NCBI GenBank assembly: GCA_963783375.1
Contig: CAWANH010000029.1
Span: 1,408,001-1,472,000, forward strand
Origin: Candidatus Eiseniibacteriota bacterium
GTDB taxonomy: Bacteria > Eisenbacteria > RBG-16-71-46 > JABDJR01
Reading direction: 5' to 3'
DNA length: 64,000 nucleotides
Positions within the stretch are counted from its first letter, which is position 1, and every line of letters begins with the position of its first letter. Shown here in pieces: positions 27,353-37,540 of the stretch. The notes beneath the pieces were generated by a model that worked only from the letters and a program-made list of their open reading frames with translations, had not been told where the DNA came from and did not search any database. The position numbers were made by a program, and so were the translations under genes.

Positions 27353-28312
27353 ATGATCGAACATCCCGAATCCGAAGAACCCGTCGCCCCGACGGTGGAC
27401 GAGCCGGCCCTTCGCCGGGTCCATTACAACGCCGTCATCCTCGGGGAGCGGATGCTTCACGGCGCGGTGATGGTGATCCGGGTCAAGCCCGACGGCCCCC
27501 TCCCTCCGGCGCTCCCCGGACAGTGGATGGAGCTGGGCCTGGGGATCTGGGAACCGGTCATGCCGGGGGCCGAGGCCGGGAGCGCCCGGCGCTCCGCTTC
27601 GGACTCGGTGGTGCGGCGCGCCTACTCCATCAGCTCCCCGATCCTCACCCCCGATCACTCGAAATTGATCGACCCCGGGGACGAGGAAGCCTTCGAGTTC
27701 TTCCTGAGCCTGGTGTTCCCTCCCGCCCAGCGCGCGGCCCGGGTGCCGAACCTGACCGGCCGGCTCTTCTGCCTCCAGGAGGGGGACCGGCTCTTCATGT
27801 CTTCCCAACCGATGGGAAGCTACACCCTGGACGGGTTGACGCCGGGACAGGACGTTCTCTTCCTGGCCACCGGAACCGGTGAGGCCCCTCACAACCGGAT
27901 GATCTGGGAACTCCTGCGTAGCGGACACCCGGGGCGGATCGCCTCCGTGGTCTCGGTTCGCCACTGGGACGATCTCGCCTACAACGAGGTCCACCGCCGG
28001 CTGACCGTGATGTACCCCCACTATCGCTACGCCGCCTTCGCCACCCGGGAGCCGGAGAGCCGGGGACGGCATCTCCAGGATCTGCTCCTCGACGGCACCC
28101 TGGAGCGGATGGCCGGATTCCCCATCGATCCGGAGAGCACGCAGATCTTCCTGTGCGGAAACCCCGCGATGATCGGGCCGCCGAGGCTCCTGAGCGGGAA
28201 GCGTTCCTACCCGGACACCACCGGGATGGTGGAGCTTCTGGAGCGGGAGTACGGGATGACCGCCGATCTCCGAGGGGCCCCGGCCAACCTCCACTTCGAG
28301 CGGTACTGGTAG
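27353..28312 (+). CDS. Ferredoxin/flavodoxin-NADP+ reductase
   Basis: RRAYSISS, LATGTGEAPH, FLCGNPAMI, C-terminal ERYW. Confidence 0.88.
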   Translation: MIEHPESEEPVAPTVDEPALRRVHYNAVILGERMLHGAVMVIRVKPDGPLPPALPGQWMELGLGIWEPVMPGAEAGSARRSASDSVVRRAYSISSPILTPDHSKLIDPGDEEAFEFFLSLVFPPAQRAARVPNLTGRLFCLQEGDRLFMSSQPMGSYTLDGLTPGQDVLFLATGTGEAPHNRMIWELLRSGHPGRIASVVSVRHWDDLAYNEVHRRLTVMYPHYRYAAFATREPESRGRHLQDLLLDGTLERMAGFPIDPESTQIFLCGNPAMIGPPRLLSGKRSYPDTTGMVELLEREYGMTADLRGAPANLHFERYW

Positions 28313-28313
28313 C

Positions 28314-29396
28314 TCAGCCCACCTCGAGCATCCGGTCGAGCGCGATCCGCGCCCGCACCCGGATCTCCTCCGGCACCTCGATCACGTACTGCTCCCGCCG
28401 GAGCGATTCCAGGGTGTCCTCGAGGGTGATCTCGTTCATGTGGGGGCAGCGCACGCTGCAGAGGCGGATCATCTCGCGCTGGGGATTCTTGGCCGCGATG
28501 TTGTCCCCCATGCTGCACTCGGTGAGGAGCAGGTAACGCCCGCTCTGCATGTTCTCCACGTAGCGGATCATGGCGGTGGTGCTGCCGGAGAAATCCGAGG
28601 CCGCCACCACCGCCGGGCTGCATTCGGGATGGGCCAGGACCACCGCGTCGGGGAACTGCTTGCGGACGTTCTCGATGTCCTCGACGGTGAACTTGTCGTG
28701 GACCTCGCAGCGGCCGCCCCAGCCGATGATGGCGTTCTGGAGCCTGGCCGCGTCGGCGGCGCCGTCTCCGGACCCGCCGTTTCCGTCCGGGCCCGGGACG
28801 ATGAACTCCATCCCGGTCTCCCGGGCCACGTTCCCCCCCAGGTACTCGTCGGGTAGGAAGATGATCCGGTCGTGCCCTTTCGCCTTCAGCTTCCGCACCA
28901 TGTCCTCGGCATTCCCCGAGGTGACGCAGTAGTCCGACTCGGCCTTCACGTCCGCGTAGGTGTTGACGTAGGTCACCACCGGCACCCCGGGGTAGCGTGC
29001 CTTGAGCCGCCGGACGTCCCCGGCGGTGATGCTGGCGGCCAGGGAGCACCCCCCCTTGGCGCTGGGGAGGAGCACCTTCCGTCCCGGGTTCAGGATCTTG
29101 GCCGTCTCGGCCATGAAGCGCACGCCGCAAAAGATCACGATATCCGCCGCGGCCTCGGCGGCCACCCGGCTCAGGTAGAGGGAGTCCCCGGTGTAGTCGG
29201 GCACGGAGTGGTAGAGCACGGGCTCCATGTAGTTGTGCCCGAGGATGATCGCGTTCTTCTCGCGCTTGAGGCGGTTCACCTCGACGGCGAGCTCGGCCTT
29301 GGCCTGGAGCTCGAAGTCCGGGACGACATCGGCCAGCCGCTCGCGGAGGCGATCCAGCATGGAGGGAACGGTGTCGGGATAGATGATGGTGCTCAT
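28314..29396 (-). CDS. nadA: Quinolinate synthase A
   Basis: ILGHNY, FCGVRFMAETAKILNP, GCSLA, YVNTYADVKA, LAHPEC, CPHM. Confidence 0.96.
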   Translation of the reverse strand: MSTIIYPDTVPSMLDRLRERLADVVPDFELQAKAELAVEVNRLKREKNAIILGHNYMEPVLYHSVPDYTGDSLYLSRVAAEAAADIVIFCGVRFMAETAKILNPGRKVLLPSAKGGCSLAASITAGDVRRLKARYPGVPVVTYVNTYADVKAESDYCVTSGNAEDMVRKLKAKGHDRIIFLPDEYLGGNVARETGMEFIVPGPDGNGGSGDGAADAARLQNAIIGWGGRCEVHDKFTVEDIENVRKQFPDAVVLAHPECSPAVVAASDFSGSTTAMIRYVENMQSGRYLLLTECSMGDNIAAKNPQREMIRLCSVRCPHMNEITLEDTLESLRREQYVIEVPEEIRVRARIALDRMLEVG

Positions 29397-29454
29397 GGCC
29401 GATCCATTCTACTCTCCGCCCTCACGGTGAGCCAGGGTCCAGTTCGCGTCCGGA

Positions 29455-29901
29455 TCAGGCCGCCGGCTCCCGATCCGCCGCCGGGGCGCCGGACCGCCCC
29501 CGCCGGAAGAGCCCGACGCGATTGAGAAGCCGGTCCAGGGAGAAGAGCCCGCCCCCGTGGGCCATGAAGAAGAGCGCGATGACCGCATAGGTGAGCGCCA
29601 GCTCCTTTCTTCCCCACGGATCGCCGCCGTGAACCACCAGCGCCGCTCCCAGCATGGTTCCGAAGATGAAGAGCGCGGCCACCCGGGTGGCGAGGCCCAG
29701 GGCGAGAAGTATCCCGCCCAGGAACTCCGAGAGCAGGGCGATCGTCCCCATGACGAGCGGGGCGGGGAACTTCTGGAGGGAGTCCCCGGCCAGGAACGTT
29801 TCGTGGTTCACGAGCTTGCGGATGCCGTGGGCGAAGACGAAGTTGAGGCCGATCCAGACCCGGAGGGCGAAGATCCCGAACTCGGTGATTCTCGACTGCA
29901 T
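29455..29901 (-). CDS. DoxX-family membrane protein
   Basis: LRVWIG..F..HGIRKL, EFLGGILLALGLATR, GGGLFSLD. Confidence 0.88.
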   Translation of the reverse strand: MQSRITEFGIFALRVWIGLNFVFAHGIRKLVNHETFLAGDSLQKFPAPLVMGTIALLSEFLGGILLALGLATRVAALFIFGTMLGAALVVHGGDPWGRKELALTYAVIALFFMAHGGGLFSLDRLLNRVGLFRRGRSGAPAADREPAA

Positions 29902-30247
29902 GCACGCTCCTTGTGGATTCGGGAAAGGCGACGACGCGCCGGGGACGGGTGCGGTGTCGGTGCTACCCCGGCGAACCGCCGGTATTCCTCGAATCAGATA
30001 GGATAACTCATCGGTACGACTTGCCCGGATTCGAGCATGCGCCATGGATCGCCGCGACCCCGCACCCCCCCTTCCGAGGAAGATCCCCTTGTACCGTCAA
30101 CTTCTTGGCGCGCTTCTCCTTGTCGGCTTGGCGGGCCTCGCCGCCCCCATCGAACTCGCCGTCTCCGCCGCCCGATTTGCCCCCCCGGCGCCGAACGCGT
30201 AAGCTCCGCCTTCGAGACGCGGGAAGGGGATCCGAGGGAGGAACGGC

Positions 30248-30466
30248 ATGAGCGATGATCTGGTGATGGTGAGGCGGTTCGACAACGAGGTGGAGGCGGA
30301 GATCGCGCGCGGCGAGCTCGAGGCCTCGGGAATTCCCGCCGTGGTCCTGAAGGACGATGCCGGAGGGATGTACCCCTTCCTTCAGGGAGCGAGCGGGGTC
30401 CGGCTCATGGTCGCACCGGACGACGCCGAGCGGGCCGCGGACATCCTGGAGTTGGGCTCGGACTGA
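30248..30466 (+). CDS. DUF2007-like small protein
   Basis: EAEIARGELEASGIP...VRLMVAPDDAERAADIL; SD GGAGG. Confidence 0.8.
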   Translation: MSDDLVMVRRFDNEVEAEIARGELEASGIPAVVLKDDAGGMYPFLQGASGVRLMVAPDDAERAADILELGSD

Positions 30467-30520
30467 CCGGGCGGCGATGATCGCCCACCGAGGCCACGAC
30501 TTGCGCGCACCCGACTCCCC

Positions 30521-31852
30521 ATGACCCGAACCCTTCCGGACGGTCCCGCCCCCGGCGGCCGCGCCGCCGAAGTCTTGATCGCCTTCGCGCTTCTCTCGCT
30601 GGGAGGGGCGTTCGCCTGGGCGGTCGCGGCGCCGTCGCTCCTCCACGGTTCCTTCTACCTCCCTCACGTCTTGGCGTTGACCCACGCCATGACCCTGGGT
30701 TGGGTGACCTCGGCGGCCATCGGCGTCTTCCTCCGCCTCTCCCCCCCCATCCTCGGAACCCGGCCCAAGGGGCCTCGGGAAAGCGCGGTTCTCTTCGTCC
30801 TCTGGTTCCTGGGCGCGACGGGAACCGCCTTCCACATGGGCGAGGGGGACTGGTTCGGAGTGTGGACGGGGGGAGCGCTGTTGACCGCCGCGGTGGTCCT
30901 CTTCGCGGCGCTCCATCACGACGTCTTTCGCCGGGCGTTCCGCGGAGACTGGATGGCCGCCTATGCCGCGGGCGCCATGGTGAACCTGCTCCTGGCCGCG
31001 GCGGCGGGCACCGCCCTCGGCTGGGCGCGCGGCCTCGGGTGGTTTCCCCCGACGCCATGGGCCGGGGTGGGGGCTCACTTTCTCCTGGCCGAGGCCGGGT
31101 GGGTCACGGTGCTGATCCTGGGGTTCGGGCGCAAGCTCCTCCCCACCCTGGCTCCGGCGAGGGAACGGGACCGGTGGGAGTCCCCGCTCCGCTTCGGGAC
31201 GCTCATGATCGGAACCTGGGGCTCGGCGGCGTGCGTGCTGCTCGCGCCCCGCTGGCTTCCGATCCCCGCGCTCGTCCTGGCCGGCTCGATCTTCCTCCAC
31301 CTTGCGCGCCCCCTGGCCAAGTGGCTGGGCGGGCGGGTGCGGGACCGGGCGAGTTCCTGGGGGACGGCGGCCCTGGCCTGCCTCGCGCTGGCCACGCTTC
31401 TGGGGCTTGCCCTCGCCCTCGGACTCTTCCCGGCCACCGCCCGTCCCCGGGCGCTCTTCGCCTACGGATTCCTGGCCCTGATCGGGTGGAACACGCTGGC
31501 CATCGCATCGTTCGCGCTCAAGCTCTTTCCGATGTGGGTGTGGCAGGTACGGTTCCAGAAGGACCTGGGGAAACGACCGGTCCCGGCCATGATGGACCTC
31601 TACAGCCACCGGCTCCAGCACGCCACCGGGGCCGCGCTCTTCGCCGGCTCGCTCGCCGGAGCCGCGGGGCTGTTGCTGGGCGTCGCGCCGCTCACCGACT
31701 GGGGGGTGCGCCTGGCCGCCGCCGGCGTGCTCTGCTTCCTGGTCAACTTCGCCCTGATCCTTCGCTGGCGGATCCCGTCGGTGGCCTACCGCCCCGACGA
31801 GGAGGACCGGCGGAAGTTCGAGGAGACGTGGGGGGGACACGCGGCGGATTGA
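30521..31852 (+). CDS. 12-TM membrane protein with conserved His (NnrS/heme-copper-associated-like)
   Basis: LTHAMTLGW, AHFLLAEAGW, LKLFPMWVW; hydrophobic throughout. Confidence 0.6.
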   Translation: MTRTLPDGPAPGGRAAEVLIAFALLSLGGAFAWAVAAPSLLHGSFYLPHVLALTHAMTLGWVTSAAIGVFLRLSPPILGTRPKGPRESAVLFVLWFLGATGTAFHMGEGDWFGVWTGGALLTAAVVLFAALHHDVFRRAFRGDWMAAYAAGAMVNLLLAAAAGTALGWARGLGWFPPTPWAGVGAHFLLAEAGWVTVLILGFGRKLLPTLAPARERDRWESPLRFGTLMIGTWGSAACVLLAPRWLPIPALVLAGSIFLHLARPLAKWLGGRVRDRASSWGTAALACLALATLLGLALALGLFPATARPRALFAYGFLALIGWNTLAIASFALKLFPMWVWQVRFQKDLGKRPVPAMMDLYSHRLQHATGAALFAGSLAGAAGLLLGVAPLTDWGVRLAAAGVLCFLVNFALILRWRIPSVAYRPDEEDRRKFEETWGGHAAD

Positions 31853-31936
31853 CGCGGCCTCCGCGCCCGGGAACGCGATGGCATCCCCGGGGTTCCGCGT
31901 TCCCCCGGTGAGCCCCGCGCCACCGGCCCGGCCCGG

Positions 31937-32605
31937 CTACGACGCGGCGTGGGCGGCGGGCATGACGTAGAGCGCGATGGCCATGAAGTGGCAGACGCTT
32001 CCCGTCACCACGCACAGGTGCCACATGGTGTGGCTGAACGGCAGGCGGCGGCTGTGGTAGAAGTAGGTGCCGCCGATGTAGGCCGCCCCGCCGGCCAGGA
32101 GCCACACGAACGCCCCCAGCGGGAGCGAATGGAGGAGCGGCCGGATCGCGACCACCCCCAGACAACCCATCGCCACGTAGATCACCGTGGAGAGAAGCGG
32201 GAAGCGTCCGGTGAAGAACGCCTTGTACACGATCCCCGCGGCGGCGATCCCCCACACCAGGCCGAACAGGGTCCATCCCCACCCGCCGCGCAGGGCGACC
32301 AGGGCGATCGGCGTGTAGGTGCCGGCGATGAGCAGGTAGATCGCGGCGTGGTCGAGCACCTCGAAGACGTGTTTCAGCCGGGGCCGGCGGAAACCGTGGT
32401 ACAGCATGCTGGTGGTGTAGAGGGTGATGAGGCTCAGGCCGTACACCGAGGCGGCGACAATTCCCCGGGCGTCCCCGTGGATCGCGGTGTGGACGATCAG
32501 GATCGGCACCCCCACCAGGCAGGCCGCCAGGCCCAGGCCGTGGGTGATGCTGTTGGCGATCTCTTCCCGAGCCCCCGGAACGGGAGTTTGGGTCCGTGGC
32601 TTCAT
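31937..32605 (-). CDS. Hemolysin III/PAQR-family membrane protein
   Basis: EEIANSITHG, SMLYH, LDHAAIYLLIAGTYTP, HTMWHLCV. Confidence 0.93.
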   Translation of the reverse strand: MKPRTQTPVPGAREEIANSITHGLGLAACLVGVPILIVHTAIHGDARGIVAASVYGLSLITLYTTSMLYHGFRRPRLKHVFEVLDHAAIYLLIAGTYTPIALVALRGGWGWTLFGLVWGIAAAGIVYKAFFTGRFPLLSTVIYVAMGCLGVVAIRPLLHSLPLGAFVWLLAGGAAYIGGTYFYHSRRLPFSHTMWHLCVVTGSVCHFMAIALYVMPAAHAAS

Positions 32606-32748
32606 CTCGATTCAGGATAGCACGCGCGATGGGGCGGTCGACCCGGACCGTGCCGGGATTCGGTGGAACGCGGACGTCGGCGCGCGGCGCCGGCCGGCCC
32701 GGGTTTTCCGGGCGCGCCGGCGGGACCCACAGACGTTGCGGCTTGGGG

Positions 32749-33705
32749 TCAGAGACCGACCGCCGCCGGTTCGGGCGTCCCCGGGACCTTGGTGCGCGCC
32801 GGCCGAGGCCCCGGCGTGAGCGACGCCGGCCCCAGGCAGCTCAGTACCCGGGAGGGCGTCCCCAGGTCGGTCCACCCACAGGCCGGGACGGGAAGGAGGC
32901 GCAGGGCCGCCTCCGACCCCTGGAGAAGATCTCCCGAGAAATCGCGGGCGGGCAGGCGATCGTAGAGCGCCGAGACCTCGGACCAGCGGCGAACCCCGGA
33001 ACTCCGGTTCGCGAACGCGCCGGTCAACCCCCGCACCAACCCGGGAAGCCGCCGCTCGTAGAGACGGAGGAGGGTGCGGCCCCGGGTCACGAAGATGAAG
33101 CTGTTCCACACCCCGCCCCGGCGGCGGAGCCGGCTCGCGACTACCTCTTCCGGTTTCTCCACGAAAGACGCGACCTCGAAGAGCCCTTCCCCCGCGATCG
33201 GACCCGGGGAGATCCAGCCGTATTCGGTGTCGCCGGTGTCGGGGGCGATCCCCAGGAGCACCACCTTTTCCGGATGCCGGTCGATCTCCGCGAACGCCCG
33301 GTGGGCCGACTCGGCCAGCACGTCCTCCTCGTCCACGTAGTGGTCGGAGGGAAGGACCAGGAGCCGGGCCTCGGGGTCCCGGCGAAGGACTTCGAGGAGC
33401 GGGAGCAGGATCCCCACCGCCGTTCCCCGGTTTCGCGGCTGCACGACAAGATTCTCGGCGGCCAGGGCGCCGAGTTCGTGCCGCCACCACCGACGATGAT
33501 GAGCGGCCACCACCGCCAGCGTACGCTCGCGGGGAACCACGCGTTCGGCCCGGTGGAGGGCGGTCTGAAGGAGCGAGGCCTTGCCGTGAACGTGGCAGTA
33601 TTGCTTGGGCACCGCCACGCCGTCGGCCCCGGTGGTGAGGGAGCGAAGCCGGGTCCCTTCTCCCGCGGCAAGGACGAGGGCCCAATCATGTCGATCGGAA
33701 CTCAT
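32749..33705 (-). CDS. Mannose-1-phosphate guanylyltransferase-like nucleotidyltransferase
   Basis: VLAAGEGTRL, PKQY, QPRNRGTA, PSDH, EYGWI, FVEKP, GWTDLGTP. Confidence 0.88.
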   Translation of the reverse strand: MSSDRHDWALVLAAGEGTRLRSLTTGADGVAVPKQYCHVHGKASLLQTALHRAERVVPRERTLAVVAAHHRRWWRHELGALAAENLVVQPRNRGTAVGILLPLLEVLRRDPEARLLVLPSDHYVDEEDVLAESAHRAFAEIDRHPEKVVLLGIAPDTGDTEYGWISPGPIAGEGLFEVASFVEKPEEVVASRLRRRGGVWNSFIFVTRGRTLLRLYERRLPGLVRGLTGAFANRSSGVRRWSEVSALYDRLPARDFSGDLLQGSEAALRLLPVPACGWTDLGTPSRVLSCLGPASLTPGPRPARTKVPGTPEPAAVGL

Positions 33706-33895
33706 TGAAACGCACCATCCCCTGATTGAATTGCCGGTCCCCTGGAATCGAACTTCCCCCCGGTTGTCGGCGGAAACGGGCACGGGGATAGAAAAAAAGA
33801 GGGAGAGGCTAAATAGGCCGGATGAAATCGGACCACCGATTGAAGGGATCATTCAGACCCGGCGGAAAAGCGATTCAATCCGTCGGGAACCGGGA

Positions 33896-34759
33896 TCACT
33901 CGATGGCCACGACCTCGCGGATCTCGGGGATCGCGTCCTTGAGGAGGGTCTCCACGCCCATCTTGAGGGTGGCCCGGGAGGACGGGCAGCCGGTGCAGCT
34001 CCCCAGCATGTAGAGCTGGACCACCCCGTCGTCGTAGCCGGCGAAGGCGATGTCCCCGCCGTCCCGCTGGACCGCCGGACGCACCACGTCTTCCAGGATC
34101 TCCACGATCCGGCGCTCCACGTCGCCCAGCTCGGCGGGGTCGCGCGGGGAGGGCTCCATCGCGGTCCCGCCGTGGGCGAAATAGGCCTGGAGGCGCTTTC
34201 CAATTTCGGCCTGAAGGTCGGGCCAGTCCGCGCCCGGCATCCGGGTCACCGTACAGAAGCGCTGGATGAAGAAGAGCCCCTTCACCTCGGGGATCTCCAG
34301 GAGGAACCGCACCAGGGTGGGATCGGTGTCGCGGACCGGACGTGCGTGGGTGGCGCTTCCCTCGGTCATGAGGTTCCGGTTCAAGCTGAACTTCCGGGAT
34401 TCGGGGTTCGGGGTCTCGGCCACCTGGACCGAGACATTGGTGAAGGTGACGAACTTCCCCGCCCGGACGTCGATGGTGTAGCCGCGGAGCCGCTCGTAGT
34501 CCTCGTCGGTGACCTGGAAGGGGACGGGGAACTCGGGGCGAAGGGGCCGGTCGGAGGTCTTGGGCTCGAAGCCCACTCCCACGCTGAAGCCGATCTGGGT
34601 GGGCTGGGTGAGTATGAAGAAGGCCAGGCCCTCTCCCCCCTCGTAGCCGGCCAGACGGGTCCGGACCTCTTCGGCCGCCGCCTCGGTGAGGGTCAGGGGG
34701 GGCTCGTGGGAAGGGTCGTAACGATCCCGCTCCGAATTGACGATATTGCGAATGCCCAT
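33896..34759 (-). CDS. NfuA-like Fe-S carrier (degenerate A-type domain + Nfu_N + NifU-C)
   Basis: LTLTEAAAE, ETPNPES.KF, VRPAVQRDGGDI, GSCTGCPSS.ATLKMGVE. Confidence 0.88.
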   Translation of the reverse strand: MGIRNIVNSERDRYDPSHEPPLTLTEAAAEEVRTRLAGYEGGEGLAFFILTQPTQIGFSVGVGFEPKTSDRPLRPEFPVPFQVTDEDYERLRGYTIDVRAGKFVTFTNVSVQVAETPNPESRKFSLNRNLMTEGSATHARPVRDTDPTLVRFLLEIPEVKGLFFIQRFCTVTRMPGADWPDLQAEIGKRLQAYFAHGGTAMEPSPRDPAELGDVERRIVEILEDVVRPAVQRDGGDIAFAGYDDGVVQLYMLGSCTGCPSSRATLKMGVETLLKDAIPEIREVVAIE

Positions 34760-35026
34760 GAGGACCCTCGAGGTTGGACCGGCCGGGAGAGATCCCACCG
34801 GATCCCGGGAAACCGATCGAATTGGTCGGAATCAAGTGTACCGGATCGGGACCCGCCCGTGGCAAGCCTGTCGGGACGGCCGCCGGAGCCCGGTCGAGGC
34901 AGGCGCCCAGGCGCCCGCCGGGCGAATCCCCGGGACCTCTGCTAAGGTGCTTGCAGGACTCGGGGAGGAGGTTCCGACCGTCCACGGGGTTAACGGGCCG
35001 GGACCGGCGATACGTGGGAGGCGGCT

Positions 35027-37471
35027 ATGTGGCTCATCGTCCTGATCGTGATGGCGGCGACGGGGTCCTTCTTTCTCTACCGAGGCCGGGCGTTTCCCGC
35101 CTGGGCGGTTCCGGTGGGAATCTGGCTCGTGGTCTGGCGGGTGAGCGGCCACCTCCCCTTCCTCTTCTGGCTGACGGCGATGGTGTTCGTGGCCGCGGCG
35201 GTCCTCTTCGGCATCCCCAGCTTGCGTCAGCGCCTCGTGACCCCGCCCCTGATGCGTTTCATGGCCGGCTACCTTCCCCGGATCAGCGACACCGAAAAGC
35301 TCGCCCTGGAGGCGGGCACGGTGTGGTGGGACGGCGATCTCTTCTCGGGACGCCCTAGCTGGTCCAAGCTCCTCGACTTCGAGCCGCGCGCCCTCAACCG
35401 GGAGGAGCGGGCCTTTCTCGACGGGCCGGTGGTTGAACTCTGCCGGATGATCGACGACTGGGAGGCCCATCGGAGAGGCGACCTCCCTCCCGCGGTCTGG
35501 GACTTCATGAAGTCCCACGGCTTCTTCGGCATGATCGTTCCCAAGGAATTCGGCGGGCTCGGATTTTCGGCCGCGGCCCACAGCGCGGTGATCACCCGGA
35601 TCGCGAGCCGGAGCGTGGCCGGGGCGGTGACGGTCATGGTTCCCAACTCCCTCGGCCCGGCTGAACTCCTGCTTCACTACGGCACCGACGCCCAGAAACG
35701 CCGATTTCTCCCCCGGCTGGCCCGAGGGGAGGAGATCCCCTGCTTCGCCCTCACCGAACCGGAAGCGGGGAGCGACGCCGCCTCGGGGAAGAGCCGCGGC
35801 ACGATTTGCCGCGGGGTTTTCGACGGCGAGGACGTGTTGGGAATGCGCCTGGATTGGGAGAAGCGCTACGCCACCCTCTCCCCGGTGGCCACGATGATCG
35901 GCCTCGCCTTCACCCTCCACGACCCCGAGCATCTCCTCGGCGAGAAGGAAGACCTGGGGATCACCTGCGCCCTCATTCCCAGCCACCTCCCCGGGGTGGA
36001 GATCGGCCGACGGCACGATCCCCTCGGGGTGCCGTTCCTGAACGGCCCCACCACCGGCGTCGGCGTCTTCGTACCCCTGGAGTTCATCATCGGCGGCCCC
36101 CGGATGGCCGGGCAGGGCTGGCGGATGCTCATGGAGAGCCTGGCCGCCGGCCGCTCCATCTCCCTTCCCGCCCTCGCCGCCGGCGCAGCCGAGGTCACGG
36201 CGCGGGTGACCGGGGCCTACGCGTCGGTGCGCGAGCAGTTCGGGGTTCCCATCTCCGCTTTCGAGGGGATCGAGGAGCGACTGGCCCGGATCGGCGGGCT
36301 GGCCTACCTGATGAACGCGACCCGGGGGCTTACCGCGGCCGCGGTGGACGCCGGAGAGAAACCCTCGGTGCTCTCCGCGCTGGTGAAGGCCTACATGACC
36401 GAGTTCATGCGAATTTCCGTGAACGACGGCATGGACGTTCTGGGAGGAGCGGGGATCAGCCGTGGTCCCAGGAACATGCTGGCCGCGTCCTACATGGCGC
36501 TTCCCATCGGCATCACGGTGGAGGGGGCCAACATCCTCTCCCGCTCCCTGATCATCTTCGGGCAGGGCGCGATCCGCTGTCATCCCTACGTCCTTGAGGA
36601 GATCCACGCGGTGGAGACCCGGGACCTCGGCCGGTTCGACCGCGCCTTCTTCGGCCACATGGGGTTCGTCCTGTCCAACTGCTTCCGGGCCTGGGTGCTG
36701 GGCCTCACCGGCGGCCGGCCGGCCCGCCCCGGTCGCGGGGGCCCGATGGAAACCTACGTCGGCGAGCTATCCCGCATGAGCGCCGCATTCACCTTCATGG
36801 CCGACATGACCATGGCGCTCCTGGGCGGAACCCTGAAACGGAAGGAGATGCTCTCCGCCCGAATGGCCGATGCCCTGGCCTGGATGTACTTCGGCTCCGC
36901 GATCCTCAAGCGGTTCGAGGACGAGGGACGGCCGGGGGTCGATCTCCCCTTCGCGCGGTGGGGGCTCGAAAAGGCGCTTTTCGAGATCCAGTCCGCTCTC
37001 TCCGACTTCCTGCGCAACTTCCCCTCGCCGTGGGCGCGCCGCGCGATGCGGATGTCGGTCTTTCCCCTCGGGGCCCGCCGGCGCCCCCCCGACGACCGGA
37101 TCCTCGTCGAGGTGGCCGCCTCCCTGGTGTTCGGGGCGGAGGGCCGCCTGCGCCTCACCCCCGACATGTACATCCCGCCCCCCGAGGAGCCGGGACTGGG
37201 ATTCCTGGAAGCGGCTCTGGCCAAGGCGGTTCGGGCGAGGCCGGTGGAACGAAAGCTCCACGAGCAGGTCCGGCGCGGGAAGCTCGTCCGAGCCGACCGC
37301 CTGGAGCTGGTGAAGGCCGGCCTGGCCGCCGGGGTCATCACCGAGGACGAAGCGCGCCTGGTGCTCGAAGCGGAAGTCGCGCGGAACGAGGTGATCCAGG
37401 TGGACGATTTCGGCCCCGAACACTTCGACACCGCCCCGCCGGAGGGACGGAAAGCCCCGGCGGAGGCCTGA
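35027..37471 (+). CDS. fadE: Acyl-CoA dehydrogenase, FadE type
   Basis: 814 aa; ISDTEKLALEAGTVWW, VMVPNSLGPAELL, CFALTEPEAGSDA, ITVEGANIL. Confidence 0.93.
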   Translation: MWLIVLIVMAATGSFFLYRGRAFPAWAVPVGIWLVVWRVSGHLPFLFWLTAMVFVAAAVLFGIPSLRQRLVTPPLMRFMAGYLPRISDTEKLALEAGTVWWDGDLFSGRPSWSKLLDFEPRALNREERAFLDGPVVELCRMIDDWEAHRRGDLPPAVWDFMKSHGFFGMIVPKEFGGLGFSAAAHSAVITRIASRSVAGAVTVMVPNSLGPAELLLHYGTDAQKRRFLPRLARGEEIPCFALTEPEAGSDAASGKSRGTICRGVFDGEDVLGMRLDWEKRYATLSPVATMIGLAFTLHDPEHLLGEKEDLGITCALIPSHLPGVEIGRRHDPLGVPFLNGPTTGVGVFVPLEFIIGGPRMAGQGWRMLMESLAAGRSISLPALAAGAAEVTARVTGAYASVREQFGVPISAFEGIEERLARIGGLAYLMNATRGLTAAAVDAGEKPSVLSALVKAYMTEFMRISVNDGMDVLGGAGISRGPRNMLAASYMALPIGITVEGANILSRSLIIFGQGAIRCHPYVLEEIHAVETRDLGRFDRAFFGHMGFVLSNCFRAWVLGLTGGRPARPGRGGPMETYVGELSRMSAAFTFMADMTMALLGGTLKRKEMLSARMADALAWMYFGSAILKRFEDEGRPGVDLPFARWGLEKALFEIQSALSDFLRNFPSPWARRAMRMSVFPLGARRRPPDDRILVEVAASLVFGAEGRLRLTPDMYIPPPEEPGLGFLEAALAKAVRARPVERKLHEQVRRGKLVRADRLELVKAGLAAGVITEDEARLVLEAEVARNEVIQVDDFGPEHFDTAPPEGRKAPAEA

Positions 37472-37540
37472 CGCCGTAAATCGGGCGATCCCCGACGGTC
37501 GGGGCTTTCGCCGCCGCCCTTCCGCCGGTACGCTTGTGTC

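Noticed and set aside
29905-30245. Possible small RNA or ORF between doxX and the DUF2007 gene
   Set aside because: No SRP, tmRNA, 6S or riboswitch signature recognised, and the candidate ORFs lack support.
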